DNA of 64,000 bases from Eledone cirrhosa. Taxonomy: Eukaryota. The notes under the pieces are model-generated. The model ran no database searches. It was not told where the DNA came from and worked only from the letters and a program-made list of their open reading frames with translations. Below are positions 12,441 through 26,479 of this stretch, one piece after another. The position numbers and the translations under genes were made by a program. Where the stretch lies: contig OZ024746.1 in the NCBI GenBank assembly GCA_964016885.1, positions 77,376,001 through 77,440,000 on the forward strand. Reading direction: 5' to 3'. Position 1 is the first letter of the stretch, and each line of letters starts with the position of its first letter.

Positions 12441-14301
12441 TAGACAAGGTTATTAATTAACTCTTAACATTCTGCTCTGACTTAGCAAAACATGTCTATA
12501 AAGGGTTTATTTCTAGTATCTTTACTAGTCGAAATATCTTTGTGAAAATTTCCAGCAGTAAACTAAATACATGAATTTTTAATGTGATGCACTCATAATG
12601 TTGTTTCATACTTTTCAAGAATGTCTTGCACATGTGGTTTCATGCAGTATGAGGATGTTAAAAATAAAAGCAATTCTCTGCATGGTTTTCAATAGTTTCC
12701 ATTTTGAATGTACAGGGAGACGACAACAACAACAATGAAGATGGTGTGTGTGTATGTGAAAAGAAGTTGCCATTATGAAGGGCATCTATGGCAAAGAGGG
12801 AATGCAGGAGCTAGATGTCTCCCAACCCATTTATTTATTCTCAGATTATGATAAACCTATCCAACCCATTCTAGCATGGAAAATAGATAATGATAATAAT
12901 GTTGATGATACAATGATGATTGTGTGTGTGTGTGTACACATGGCTATATGGTTAAATTTTCTTCTTAAGGATCACAAGGCCTTAGTCCACCAAACAGAGC
13001 AAATCTTTCCCCGCTTAGTGGACTTATACACGTCCTTATTAGGCTATTTTATTAAGTAAAAAACCCCAGCAAAATCTAATTCAATTTTCAAGTTTTACTT
13101 GCCATTTCCTAAACACACGGTGCTTTCTAAATAATAATATTTTTTTTTTGTCACACAAAAATACAATTATTGTCATCACAAGTATATTATTAGGAAAACA
13201 AAGTAACTGATTCAACTGTAATTAATATTATGTTGCTTCATAAATGTTATTGAACAATTACTCAAATTCTTAATGAGATTCTTGCAATAGTTTGCCATAA
13301 TTTTGTAGTCAAGATTCAACATGCTTATAGTTATACACAAGGCTGAGTGTACATTTGAGTTTGACTGGAACAGCACAAATTGACATGACCATGTAAGAAT
13401 ATTTGTTGGCTGCACTAACAAACCTAGCCCACACCTGATGTAGAGGCTTGCTCATTAACTCACAGCTCTCGTGTGGTGAAGAAGGAAACTTGTTTATCAT
13501 CATCATTATCATTATCATCATCATCATCATTTAATGTCTGTTTTACCTGCTAGCAAGATTGGACATACAATCACAGACCAAGTTTGTACTTAGTCAGAGC
13601 TACTGATCTCTTAGTTGGGCCAGGAGCAGCATTTCACTTACACACATTCTTGCTCTCTGCAGAGATCACTGGGTGCATTTTATCATAGACACAGCACTAC
13701 CGTGGTGGTCATATGTTTGACACAATTGAAGAGTCTTCTTGACTCCTCTTTGTTTCGGAAAGTTTTTTTTGCAGCTTGATGCCCTTCCTCTCACCAACCA
13801 CTTTACAGAGGGTAGAGGGTGCATCATTTTATCATGCCCTTGACACAACTGATACTTCCAATGAAATTGAAGTAACATATACAAAGCTATACTATTAGCC
13901 AGATCTATACAGACTTGGATAAGTCACTTGCCATTTATTAATATCATTGTTACCTTCAACATTACCGACAACACCATCAGTCATATTTATGTAGAATCTA
14001 TTAAAAGAAAAAGAAAAATAGAAAAACATTAACTTATAGTGTTGAAGATGGTGTACACAAGTTTTACTTTAAAATGAGTAGTTTCACATAGCCAAGAGCA
14101 TTTTACCACTGCAGGCATAAATATATTTTCTTTTTTTATTAAATATATCTTCTCTATTAATATGTTCCATTATTATTTTTCTTATTGCTGTTGGTATTGT
14201 TGTTGTTATCATCATCATTATTATTATTGCTGCTGCTATTGGCTCTTATTTAGTTTCTGTATAGTACATATATTTGTGAGTATATGCACGTATGTATGAT
14301 T

Positions 14302-14344
<43 letters not shown>

Positions 14345-14350
<6 letters not shown>

Positions 14351-14461
14351 CACACATATACATATATAGAGAGAGATTTAAGTATATATGTGTGTGTGTG
14401 AATATGTATGTATATGTATACAAATGTATGTATGTATGTATGTATATATATATACATGTGC

Positions 14462-14531
<70 letters not shown>

Positions 14532-14646
14532 GCACATGTATATATATACATACATACATACATACATTTGTATACATATACATACATATTCACACACACA
14601 CATATATACTTAAATCTCTCTCTATATATGTATATGTGTGTGTGTG
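14345..14646. repeat. ~300-bp palindrome centred on (TA)n
   Basis: Left arm catatatagagagagatttaagtatatatg..catgtgcgtgtg is the reverse complement of right arm cacacgcacatg..catatatacttaaatctctctctatatatg. Confidence 0.9.
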
Positions 14647-14707
14647 AATATGTATGTATATGTATACAAATGTATGTATGTATGTATGTATATATATATA
14701 CATGTGC

Positions 14708-15090
<383 letters not shown>

Positions 15091-15779
15091 TGTGTGTGTG
15101 TTTGTGTGTGTGTGTAAATATATATATGTAGTTATGTATATATATATATATATATATATATAAATATATATATAATATCTATGTGTGTGTGTTTATATGT
15201 ATATATATATGTGTGCGTGTGTACATACGATGTATATATAAATATGTACGTGTGAGTATATATATATATATATATATGTTTGTGTGTTTGTGTATACATT
15301 TATATATAATGTACTGTCACTGACATTACAGACAAGGAAGTTGTTATGATGATGTAAACTTAAAAATTTTTGTATGTGAAAGTAGGTGGCGGCTGGTGTG
15401 CGTGTGTATATGTGTACGTGTGTGTGTTGTGTTGAATTAGATAAATATGAAGTTCTCCAAGTATATTAAATTTTTTTTATTTTTTACTTTTTTTTCTCCT
15501 TCCATCTCTATAAGATGTAATATTTTTAGTAACACATATGTCTTGCTTTCACTCTGTCTTCATCTAAAGGTATTGTATAATAGTTAAGATGAAAGTAGTC
15601 TACACTGTGAGGAAGACTGATGTAATATTTTCCAAATTTTCTCTAAAGAATCTTAACCCGTTTGATACTAACCTTTCTTAAATCTCCTCTCTATCTATGA
15701 GGCCAAAAAACCCATCCATTTTGAATTAAATTTTTCAACATAATTTGATATAAGAATGAGTTGGGTTGCAAATCCCATC

Positions 15780-16235
15780 TTAACTCTTTCATGACTGCAT
15801 TTCTAATGAAACACTCTATTTCAATTAATTAATGAAGAATTTTGAAGGATTTACTAAAATTATTTATTATTTCATTAATAAGATAGTAACTTAATGTAAG
15901 GTTCTTATATAAAATTATGTAGGAGGATTTTAATTTAACTCTTTAGCATTCACATTACTCTATATAGACTATTGTATTTTCATGGTAAAGGCTTTACCTC
16001 ACATAATTACCTCACATAATTACCTCACATAATATCGAATCTATGAGATTTTGAAAGTATTTGTTTTGAGAACAATACCTTAACATCGACCAATTACAGC
16101 CAGTTTCAACAGAAAGAGGTAGAGAATTCTGGCCAGTTTGAACATTAAAGGGTTAAATTGGAAACCTTTAAAATGGGTGGCTTAGTTTCGTAGAACCAGA
16201 GCCAGTTTTGGCTGGGTTGATAACAAAAGGGTTAA
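15780..16235 (+). mobile_element. piggyBac-like MITE family B hosting a family A copy
   Basis: TTAACTCTTTCATGAC...ATAACAAAAGGGTTAA; a partial opposite-orientation B end lies at 15653-15780. Confidence 0.8.
15935..16156 (+). mobile_element. piggyBac-like MITE family A, nested
   Basis: TTAA duplicated at 15935-15938 and 16153-16156; near-identical to 3036-3261. Confidence 0.85.
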
Positions 16236-16300
16236 TTATGAAATATTAAATATGTTTAGTAGAATCCCTCTGAAATGTTCATTGATTAATTGAAATACAT

Positions 16301-16333
<33 letters not shown>

Positions 16334-16597
16334 CCAGAGAGTGTAACGTGGATTTACTGTAGGTTCACCCGGGTGAGCACCCGATGTTTAGGTTCACTTC
16401 TGCATCGAGGTGTAGAGCTAGACAGAGTGTAGTATAATAAAGTAAAACAAGGACGAATGGTTACTCCTTCATTACCTTTATTGGTTGGTGACGCGCGTTT
16501 CGCCACCGATCAGCTCAAAGTTCAATCTATCTTGATCTAGCCTGACTCTGTAATCCACGGCTCGTCAGACCCTTTTAGGGGTAATGAAAAAATGATT

Positions 16598-16599
<2 letters not shown>
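16334..16599 (-). mobile_element. Short ribozyme-bearing element in (TA)n (Penelope-like pLTR or retrozyme-like)
   Basis: 266-bp CpG-containing island between (TA)n tracts at 16301-16333 and 16600-16641; contains a hammerhead followed by AATAAA. Confidence 0.65.
16468..16588 (-). ncRNA. Type I hammerhead ribozyme
   Basis: Minus strand: ttcattacc-cctaaaag-GGT CTGACGA GCC[54 nt]GGC GAAA CGCGCG TC^ ACC-aaccaataaa-ggtaatgaa. Complete core, G-C closed stem II, palindromic stem III, GUC cleavage triplet, stem I with a 9-bp distal helix. Confidence 0.85.
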
Positions 16600-16645
<46 letters not shown>

Positions 16646-16834
16646 TGAATGGGTTAATAAGTAATACAGAAGGTCTTGAATGTCTGTAATTGCCATTAAC
16701 CCAAAAGCCATTATTTTGTCTGTTGGATCCGAGAATTTGTGTAGAGAGTTCATATGCACTTTTTCAGGTGAAGGAGTTCACTTTGAAACTATTAGGTCCC
16801 GGTGTTGATCTCACTGCGTGGTATCTTTGGCAAG

Positions 16835-17040
16835 TATCATCATCATCATCGTTTAATGCCCATCTTCTACGCTAGCATGGTTTAGATGGTTTTGTCCCAC
16901 TTGATGCGGGATTGGTCGGGAGACGGTGTCTCGCTTGTACAGAACTGTCTCTGGTAGGTTTTCTACGGCTGGATGCTCTTCCTAACACCAACCACATTTA
17001 CATTGTGGACTGGGTGCTTTTTGTTGTGTCACCATCACAG
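16835..17040 (-). mobile_element. RTE LINE 3' UTR copy
   Basis: (CAT)n-cgtttaatgccc..gctagcatgg..ttctacggctggatgctcttcctaacaccaaccac; reverse complement of 53590-53780. Confidence 0.8.
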
Positions 17041-18068
17041 TGGACAGAAATGGGTGTATGGGGTGGGGTGTATCATTTACCATAACCTCTGGTCAACAGA
17101 GCTCCATTACATATGCACCCAGTACACTCTGTAAAGTGTTTAACAAGCAAATGTAAACAACTTACAGTCAAGAGCAGCCTTCAGTCTGACTGAGGACATG
17201 GCAACATCTCTACAATAAAATACACTCAAACACTTGTACACTCAGTGAAGTGGTGGTAGCGGTGATGGTTATAATAATAATAATGGTGGTGGTGGTGGTG
17301 GTGGTGATGGTCATGGAGATGATGATGATAAATACCACCACCCCCTCTCTGCATATTTGATTTGGCAGTAATTTTTCTCTCTTTCTCATGATTGAAAGTC
17401 CTTGATTGAAGAAATACCACTGTAACAAGAATATGATGGTTTACGTTTATTTTGGCATCAGTTATACTCAGTTCTCTTACTATATAATCTAAGCCCACCC
17501 CTCCCCCCTCTTCACTCTGCAATAATTAATCCAGAAAAATCTATTTCTCTCAGTTAGCTTTTTATTATGGCATAAAATAAACCCCTAACATTTCTCCTGT
17601 ATTGAATTTAGGGAAATCATTGAAGAGTAAATTAAATAAATTAAAGAAACAGACAATAAATAATGATTTCTGATTTAGGCACAAGGCCAACAATTATTTT
17701 GGTGGGGTGGGGTTTAATAAATCAACTACAGTGTGTTACTGGTACTTCATTTTATTGACCTCCTCAGGATGAAAGGCAAAGCTAACCATGATTGGATTTG
17801 AGCTCAGAATGTTAAGGGAGGTAATTCTATATACCACAAAGCATGGTGTCTGACATTCTACAGAAACTACCAACCCAACACATGAATAATGTATGTGTTC
17901 ATGTTACTTTTAGGTTTGTTTTAAATATTTTATGTAAAGCTTCCACACATTTATACTTGGTGGAAGTTAAGAAGTTCAGTTTGCAATTATTGTGGTTATG
18001 GGTTTAGTCAAGCTGTGCAGAACCTTGGGCAAGTTGTCATGTTGGGTTGACAAATTACAGCAGAAGCC

Positions 18069-18129
<61 letters not shown>

Positions 18130-19339
18130 ACCCTATGTTTAAATTTGTGTGTATGTCCTGTATCTTGATGTCAATGCATGCATATATCCATGGTCCTGTA
18201 ACTCTTGATGGAGTCGTAGGGGTGCCACGTTGACATACTGCATTTCTAGGCCATTTTATTAACCTGGTGGGGCCATCTCCTCTCCAGGCCTGAATACAGC
18301 AGATTTATTCCAGAGAAGGAAAGAGAGTGAGGGAATGGCAGCGAGAAAGAGATACAGAGGAAGAATTGACCTCAGTACTTGATTGGTATTTAAAAAAAAA
18401 AATTTTTTAATTATTATTGCTGTGGAATGAATGAAAACCAAAGTAGGACCTCAGTAGGATTTGAACCCAGAGTGTAGAGAGCCAAAATAAATACTGCAAA
18501 GCATTCTATCCAATGTCCTAATGACTCTGCCAATTTGCCAGCTTTGGTGTCAATATGATAGGTTAAATCATGGCTGTGTCCCAGCACGACTGCAGTCTAA
18601 TGACTGAAACCAGTAAAAATAAAAGTAAAATAATTATTTTATCTCTTTGTACTATTGAAAAACAATTCTCTTTTTTTTCATTTTTACATTTATTTATTTG
18701 CACTTGCTCTAGCCTGATTTCATCTTGCTGAATGATGATGATGTTGTTGTATGTGATGATGCTGGTAATGTTGGTGGTGTTGTTGATAGTGATAATGTCA
18801 GTGGTGGTGTTTATGCATTAGATAGAATATATTCTTTCATTAAGAAGAGCAAGCAAGTCAGAATTGATGGATTCCGCTAATTTATGAGATTCAGAAGCCC
18901 TAAAAGATTTTATAACTCTTTTTCATTGGAAGCAGAACATAAAAATGATAAACCATTAAATGCGTTCAGTTTTGAAAGGCAAAAATTTGTATTTTAACAT
19001 TGATTGGGCTTCTTCATTGCAAATGTTGTTTTTACATGTAACAAATAACTAATAGATTAAGTGCTCTTTATACACAAACAGCCTCTTATTATTACTTTTT
19101 ATTATTATTAGAAACTTCCTTTGAATTCTGCTTTCTCTCATATCTTGCCAAGTGTCAACATGATACCCGAGGCAAAATTTTGTAATATATTGAACAGTCA
19201 GTTGGCTTACAAATAATACTATAAGGACATAAATACAACAAATGTTTTTGGAAGGTATTTAAATTGATAGTGCTCTTCTCAGGACATGGACAATGCCAGT
19301 CAATACTGTTTTCTGTATTACTTGCAGAGATGGACTTTC

Positions 19340-19513
19340 AAGTATTTGGTCCAAATACGTTTTTGCCCCCTCCCAGTGCACCAACTGTTACTGGCACTTT
19401 ATTTTATCGGCCCCCGCATGGATGAAAAGCAAAGCTAACCGTAAAGGCCCGTAACTCTAATGCCACAAAGCATGGTTTCCGACACTATACTGATACTGCC
19501 AAACCGCCACCCT

Positions 19514-19546
<33 letters not shown>

Positions 19547-19765
19547 TGTTTCTACTATAGGCACAAGGCCAGAAATTTGGGTGCAGGGGAAAGTCGATTA
19601 AATCGACCCCAGTGCATTACTGGTGCTTTATTTTATTAACCCCCCGTAAGGAAGAAAGCCAAAGTTAATCTCGGCGGGGGTTGAAATCAGGATGTAAAGT
19701 GCTGTAACTCTATGCTGCAAAACATGTTGTCCAACACTCTACTGATACTGTCAACCCACAACTCT
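19340..19765 (-). mobile_element. Two tandem tRNA-type SINEs separated by (TAA)n
   Basis: Both are reverse complements of the 55152 family (ggatgaaa.gcaaag.taacc; ctctactgatactg.caa.cc.c.a); another copy at 17660-17880. Confidence 0.75.
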
Positions 19766-19977
19766 TGTAATGATAATTATTATTATTATATGGCTTCATT
19801 TTCTTGATTCTCCTTTACATGTTTACAGTTATTGTTTATACACCTGTATAAAGAATTTGAACAGTCTGTTCCTACATTCTGGCAATTTATCCACATTACT
19901 ACTACTACTACTACTACTGCTGCTGCTACCGCTACTACTTGCATACATTCACCCATGCATATACACATATGTACACA

Positions 19978-20015
<38 letters not shown>

Positions 20016-21163
20016 ACACAACAACAACATCAACAATAGTGTATGTTATTCTGAATGTCAATACATCCTCAAAGGCCTAAATGAAAAGACAATTATAATA
20101 AAGCAAATTGAAATAAAAGAAGAAAAAAAAAAACAAATAAAAAAATGAAATGCAAACAAATAAATCTCTAGAAAAGAAACACTAAAGCAGAAATACTTTG
20201 AACAAAGGTTTCTTTTCAAAGATGCTGTCTAAAATATAAATACTACAATGTAGCTATGTGTAAGAGCTGTTGTATATTATTGTTTTCTTTCAGCTTTTAA
20301 TTAGAATTCTATTATTTTACTTGATCGTTTACTGGTTTCAGTCATTATACTGTAGCCAAGCTGTGGCACTTCCTTGGTTTAGTTGATTACATTGACCTCT
20401 TTACTTGCTTTTTTCAAGTCTAGTGTGTATTTTATTAATCTGCTTTTGTTCAAATCACCAAGTTACAGGATATACCCACAGGCACAAATGTAAGCATGGG
20501 CACACACCAGTGTCATCATCATCATCATCATCATCATTTGTTTACCTGGCTAGCAAATGTTGGACAGGTCACCATACACTGACTTGGTACTCAAGCAGAG
20601 CTACTGACCTCTTTGATGGGCCAAGGGCCTGCATCTTGCTTACATAACTTCCTGCACTGTTAAGTGCATTTTATCATGGAATTGATGGGTTTCTACTGTT
20701 TCCCTATACCAAATTCCACTCTCAAGACATTGGTCACCCCGTGGCTGTAGTAGAAGACACTTGGCCATTGTACTGTGCTGTTCAACTAAGCCTAACAGCA
20801 TTTGGTTGCGAATCAAACTCCTTAACCACATAGCTATGTCTGTGTAACAGAGTGGGGAAAATATATTATTGTTTTCCTTCAACATTCAATTAGAATGTTT
20901 TTTTTTTTTTGGTTTTTATTTTTATTTTTTTCCCTTGTCAGTAATGAAGTAGTTTCAACCATGCAGCACGTCGCTACCACCACCACCACCATCGCCACTA
21001 CCACTACCAAGAATGTTGTGGGGGGGTTGGGGGGGGGGGGGGTTGGCTGTGTGTGCAAATTTCCATACACACTGATGCCGATATTTATTTGATTGGATCT
21101 GATGCAATTGATTAAAGAATCGAGATGTGTGTGGGGTGGACTGGAGAAGGATAGAAGCTGAAA

Positions 21164-21204
<41 letters not shown>

Positions 21205-21778
21205 GTATGTGTGGTGGACTGGAGGTAGATAGGAGCAAAAAAATATATGTCTATGTTCATACATACATATGTATGAACATAGACATATATATATGTATGT
21301 ATGTGTGTACTTATATATATGTATATCATCCTCATCATCTTTTTCTCTCCCTTTCTTTGTATACATATGCCCTCTCTCTCTCTCTCTCTCTCATATGTGT
21401 GTGTGTATGTGTATATACATACCTACGTTTATATATATATATGTGTGTACATACAAATCATTATCTCTCTCTCTCTCTCTCTTACTGTGTGTGTAAAGAA
21501 ATAACAGCATAAGTATTAAGTAGAGGTGCTGGCAGTGGTGGGGGTCTGGAGAATAGAAAAAAAAAACGATAAGCAAGAAAGTAATATACATGAAATTAAA
21601 AAGAAGGTAAGAAAGAAAGAAATAGAAGCATCATTTAGTCAGGTAATAAATGTTACTTATTACTTCATACAATATCGACTCTACAAGTGTGATTTGGGTT
21701 GTTTGGGGCTGTTTAACTTGGATGTTAAATAACATACTCTCTTGCTCTCTGTTTACTGTATATATATATATATATATA

Positions 21779-22270
21779 CAGCTGCATAAAAAGGTGCAGA
21801 GCACTAGAAGTTGATGGAAACCGCGGAGTGGGGAGACCCAAGATGACTTGGGATGAGGTGATAAAAGCCGACCTTACCCAACTACACCTCTCAAAGTCAA
21901 TGACACACGACCGTGACTTCTGGCGTCACGCAGTAATACAGGGTACCCGACCTCCCATGGGTACATGCTGAAGCATATAAACAATATGCCCCCCCCCCCC
22001 ACCGCAAGGTGGTCCTGGAGGTGCCACGGCAAAAAAGCACCCAGCCCACACTGTAAAGTGGACGTGTAGGCGCCACGAAAAAGCACCCAGCACTCACTGT
22101 AAATGAGGTTGGTGTTAGGAAGGGCATCCAGCTGTAGAAATCAAGCCAGATCAGTTCCTGTATGAGCAAGGCATGGTCAGCCGACCAGACACTGCCCACA
22201 ACAGGACAACCCGTCTAACCCATGCTAGCGTGGAAGAACGGACGTAAAACGGTGATGATGATGATGATGA

Positions 22271-22273
<3 letters not shown>
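21779..22273 (+). mobile_element. RTE LINE 3' fragment (ORF C-terminus + 3' UTR + (GAT)n) inserted in (TA)n
   Basis: SCIKRCRALEVDGNRGVGRPKMTWDEVIKADL..SMTHDRDFWR matches the end of ORF 52503-53393. Confidence 0.88.
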
Positions 22274-22313
<40 letters not shown>

Positions 22314-22559
22314 AGTGTGTGTGTATATGTGTGTGTGTATATAAGTGTGTGTGTGTATGTCTATATGAGTGTGTGTATGTGTATATATGTGTGTGTGTAT
22401 ATGTGTGTCTATGTGTATGTGTGTGTGTATATATATATGCATGTGTGTATATGTGTGTGTGCATATGTGTGTATACATTTGTGTCTGTATGCGTGTGTGC
22501 ATGTTTATATAAGTGCCTATATATGAATGTGTGTGTGTATATATATATATTTGTATGTA

Positions 22560-22613
<54 letters not shown>

Positions 22614-22863
22614 AGTGTGTGTGTATATGTGTGTGTGTATATAAGTGTGTGTGTGTGTATGTCTATATGAGTGTGTGTATGTGTATATATGTGTGTGTGT
22701 ATATGTGTGTCTATGTGTATGTGTGTGTGTATATATATATGCATGTGTGTATATATGTGTGTGTGCATATGTGTATATATATTTGTGTCTGTATGCGTGT
22801 GTGCATGTTTATATAAGTGCCTATATATGAATGTGTGTGTGTATATATATATATTTGTATGTA

Positions 22864-22915
<52 letters not shown>

Positions 22916-23163
22916 AGTGTGTGTGTATATGTGTGTGTGTATATAAGTGTGTGTGTGTATGTCTATATGAGTGTGTGTATGTGTATATATGTGTGTGTGT
23001 ATATGTGTGTCTATGTGTATGTGTGTGTGTATATATATATGCATGTGTGTATATATGTGTGTGTGCATATGTGTGTATATATTTGTGTCTGTATGCGTGT
23101 GTGCATGTTTATATAAGTGCCTATATATGAATGTGTGTGTGTATATATATATATTTGTATGTA

Positions 23164-23199
<36 letters not shown>

Positions 23200-23447
23200 A
23201 GTGTGTGTGTATATGTGTGTGTGTATATAAGTGTGTGTGTGTATGTCTATATGAGTGTGTGTATGTGTATATATGTGTGTGTGTATATGTGTGTCTATGT
23301 GTATGTGTGTGTGTATATATATATGCATGTGTGTATATATGTGTGTGTGCATATGTGTGTATATATTTGTGTCTGTATGCGTGTGTGCATGTTTATATAA
23401 GTGCCTATATATGAATGTGTGTGTGTATATATATATATTTGTATGTA

Positions 23448-23499
<52 letters not shown>

Positions 23500-23747
23500 A
23501 GTGTGTGTGTATATGTGTGTGTGTATATAAGTGTGTGTGTGTATGTCTATATGAGTGTGTGTATGTGTATATATGTGTGTGTGTATATGTGTGTCTATGT
23601 GTATGTGTGTGTGTATATATATATGCATGTGTGTATATATGTGTGTGTGCATATGTGTGTATATATTTGTGTCTGTATGCGTGTGTGCATGTTTATATAA
23701 GTGCCTATATATGAATGTGTGTGTGTATATATATATATTTGTATGTA

Positions 23748-23787
<40 letters not shown>

Positions 23788-24035
23788 AGTGTGTGTGTAT
23801 ATGTGTGTGTGTATATAAGTGTGTGTGTGTATGTCTATATGAGTGTGTGTATGTGTATATATGTGTGTGTGTATATGTGTGTCTATGTGTATGTGTGTGT
23901 GTGTATATATATGCATGTGTGTATATATGTGTGTGTGCATATGTGTGTATATATTTGTGTCTGTATGCGTGTGTGCATGTTTATATAAGTGCCTATATAT
24001 GAATGTGTGTGTGTATATATATATATTTGTATGTA

Positions 24036-24082
<47 letters not shown>
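22274..24082. repeat. Tandem array of six ~284-302-bp microsatellite-mosaic units
   Basis: Anchor gtgagtgtgt..ataagtg..gtctatatgag..ataagtgcctatatatgaatg..gtatcta recurs at about 22311, 22611, 22913, 23197, 23497 and 23785. Confidence 0.95.
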
Positions 24083-24090
<8 letters not shown>

Positions 24091-25012
24091 TTGCATATAA
24101 ATACATACACACACACACAATATATATACTCATGCACAATCACATTGAGACTGTGATGATATATGTATGTGTGTGTGTGTGTGTGTATATATATGTACAT
24201 GTATTTCTTTTTCTCTAATATTTATGTCTTTAATTTACTTTATGTGTGCAACAAGAAGTGGTGCTGTAGGGGCTGTCTGTATTGATATGAGTTTTTTTAT
24301 AACTGGCATTGGTGTGTCTTACCACCACCACCACCACCACCACCACCACCACCGCTAGCACCACCACCAGCATCACCATCACATATGTTTCTGAATATAA
24401 AGTATTCAAGATATAATGGTTTGTTGCTGGCAATTATAAGTTCTATTATTATTATTATTATTATTATTGTCATCATCATCATCATCATCATCATCTTCGC
24501 CTTCATTATTATCTACTTTGTATTTTTTTTTTAATTTTCGGACAAAGCAATTATGTTAGTAAGTGCATTGTGTTAATGAAAGATGAGTGTAATTGAGGAA
24601 AATTAGAAAGCAAAAAAAAGAAAAGAAAACAAACAAAAACAGAAACAAAAAGAAAAATCAATAAAAACAAATGAACAACTAATGAAAACCAAAAAGCAAA
24701 GAAAAGAAAAATTTATCGAGGATGGTGAGAGAGAGAGCGAGAGGCAGAGCATGGGTGGAAAAGAAACAGTAGAATTTGCCAATAATCTTGATTCTTCGAC
24801 TCCTTCCTTCCTTCGCCCCCCCCCCCTCTCCACACCTCTTCCAATATTGTGCAATAGTCAGAATGTTTTATGGACTATTTATATAACACTTCTTTCTTAA
24901 TTTTACTACGATTGAGATGGTGGAATAATAGAATTGGTTTGGTGGAATTTATGAACTCTGCAGTACATTTTTTTCTTCTTCTTATATTGTCATTATTGCT
25001 ATTATTAAGCAA

Positions 25013-25052
<40 letters not shown>

Positions 25053-25121
25053 ATATGGCAATGTTCATTTCGAAATCTGCGTAATTTCTTTTTCTATTCT
25101 TTTATTCCCCTCCTCCTCTCC

Positions 25122-25462
25122 ATAACCCTTTCATTACCATATTTCTAATGAAATACGCTGCTTATGATTTTGAAAATAATCAAGAATTTGAAGGGATTTA
25201 TTAATATAACTAACTTTCTCATTATTAAGCTGGTTTGGGAAACAACTTATCCCTTTCATTAGCATATTTTTAATGAAAGACACTATGATTTTGAAAATAA
25301 TTAAGATTTTGGAAGGATTTTGTAATATAGCTAACTTTCTCATTATTGAGCTGGTGTTTGGAGCATAACCTAAGAAAGGTCCTTTACTAAAATTATAATC
25401 AGTTAAAATAAATAGTTTTGCATTATAGAACCAAGGCCAGTTCCAGGTATCAAAAGGGTTTA
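25122..25462 (+). mobile_element. Two nested or duplicated family B MITE copies
   Basis: Left end ccctttcatta.catattt at about 25125 and again at about 25250; single right end TATCAAAAGGGTT. Confidence 0.7.
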
Positions 25463-25596
25463 ACTCTGTACTGATTCTATTATTGTAATCCAGGTTGTTT
25501 GGTATCAAAAGGGTTTAACTCTGTACTGATTCTATTATTGTAATCCAGGTTGTTTGGTATCAAAAGGGTTCAACTCTGTACTGATTCTATTATTGC
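25446..25596. repeat. 55-bp tandem repeat x ~2.7 containing the MITE right terminus
   Basis: ggtatcaaaagggtttaactctgtactgattctattattg at 25446, 25501 and 25556. Confidence 0.9.
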
Positions 25597-26226
25597 AAGA
25601 TTTGCTTCTTTAGCTCTGCTTCTATAGACCAGTTCTGGTTAGTTAGATCCATGACCAAAGGCTTCCATTCCAGTTATGTCTTTCCTGTTATTTTTCTGCT
25701 CTCTTACATAATGAATTCTTGATTAGTGTAATAGAGCATTCAATTGTGCAATTAACAGAATAGCCAATTCATTAAATTAATGTGTATGTGGCTGAATATT
25801 CCACAGACAGGCATATCATTAGCATAATTCTTCGGCAGAATCAATGTGAAACAATATCGCATGAAGCTGTCAGGCTTCCACAGTTTCTCTCTACTGAATT
25901 TCACTTAGGTTGGCTCATAGCTATTCTTAAAAACATTTGCCCAAGAGGCCATCAAATGGGACCAAACCTAGAATCTTGTGATTGTAAAGCATACTTCTTA
26001 ACCATTCGGCCAGGTTGTGAACATTTATTCATGCTAGCAGGGATTGTAAATTAGATAGTGCCTAAAACATACTGGCGCATTTTCTGTCTCTTGCCTTTTG
26101 TGCCCCCAAGACAAACTGGTGTGTTTTAATTTAGTTAGCAATCAACAGCTCCAGACAAAGTAAATAAAGCAAATTTAATCAAAATATCCCATTAATCTTT
26201 AACAATTTTTTGAAAAATGCAAAAAT

Positions 26227-26479
26227 CAACACTTTTGATACCAAATAACCTGAATGCTACTGGTTCTCAGATACAAGATTATTTTAAAGCAATTATATTT
26301 AGCTGAAACCCTTCCATCATAATTTTATGTAAGACCTTTTGTTAAGTTATGTTCCAATCATCAGCTTTATAATGAGAATGTTGTATTACTAAATCCCTCC
26401 AAATTATTGATTATTTTCAAAATGATTTGAAAATTATGGGCAGTGTCTTTCATTAGAAATATGGTAATGAAAGAATTAA
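26227..26479 (-). mobile_element. piggyBac-like MITE family B
   Basis: cttttgatacc...cattagaaatatggtaatgaaagaaTTAA. Confidence 0.7.

Noticed and set aside
22274-24082. CRISPR-like repeat/spacer array
   Set aside because: The 'spacers' are only (TA)n of variable length; eukaryotic context
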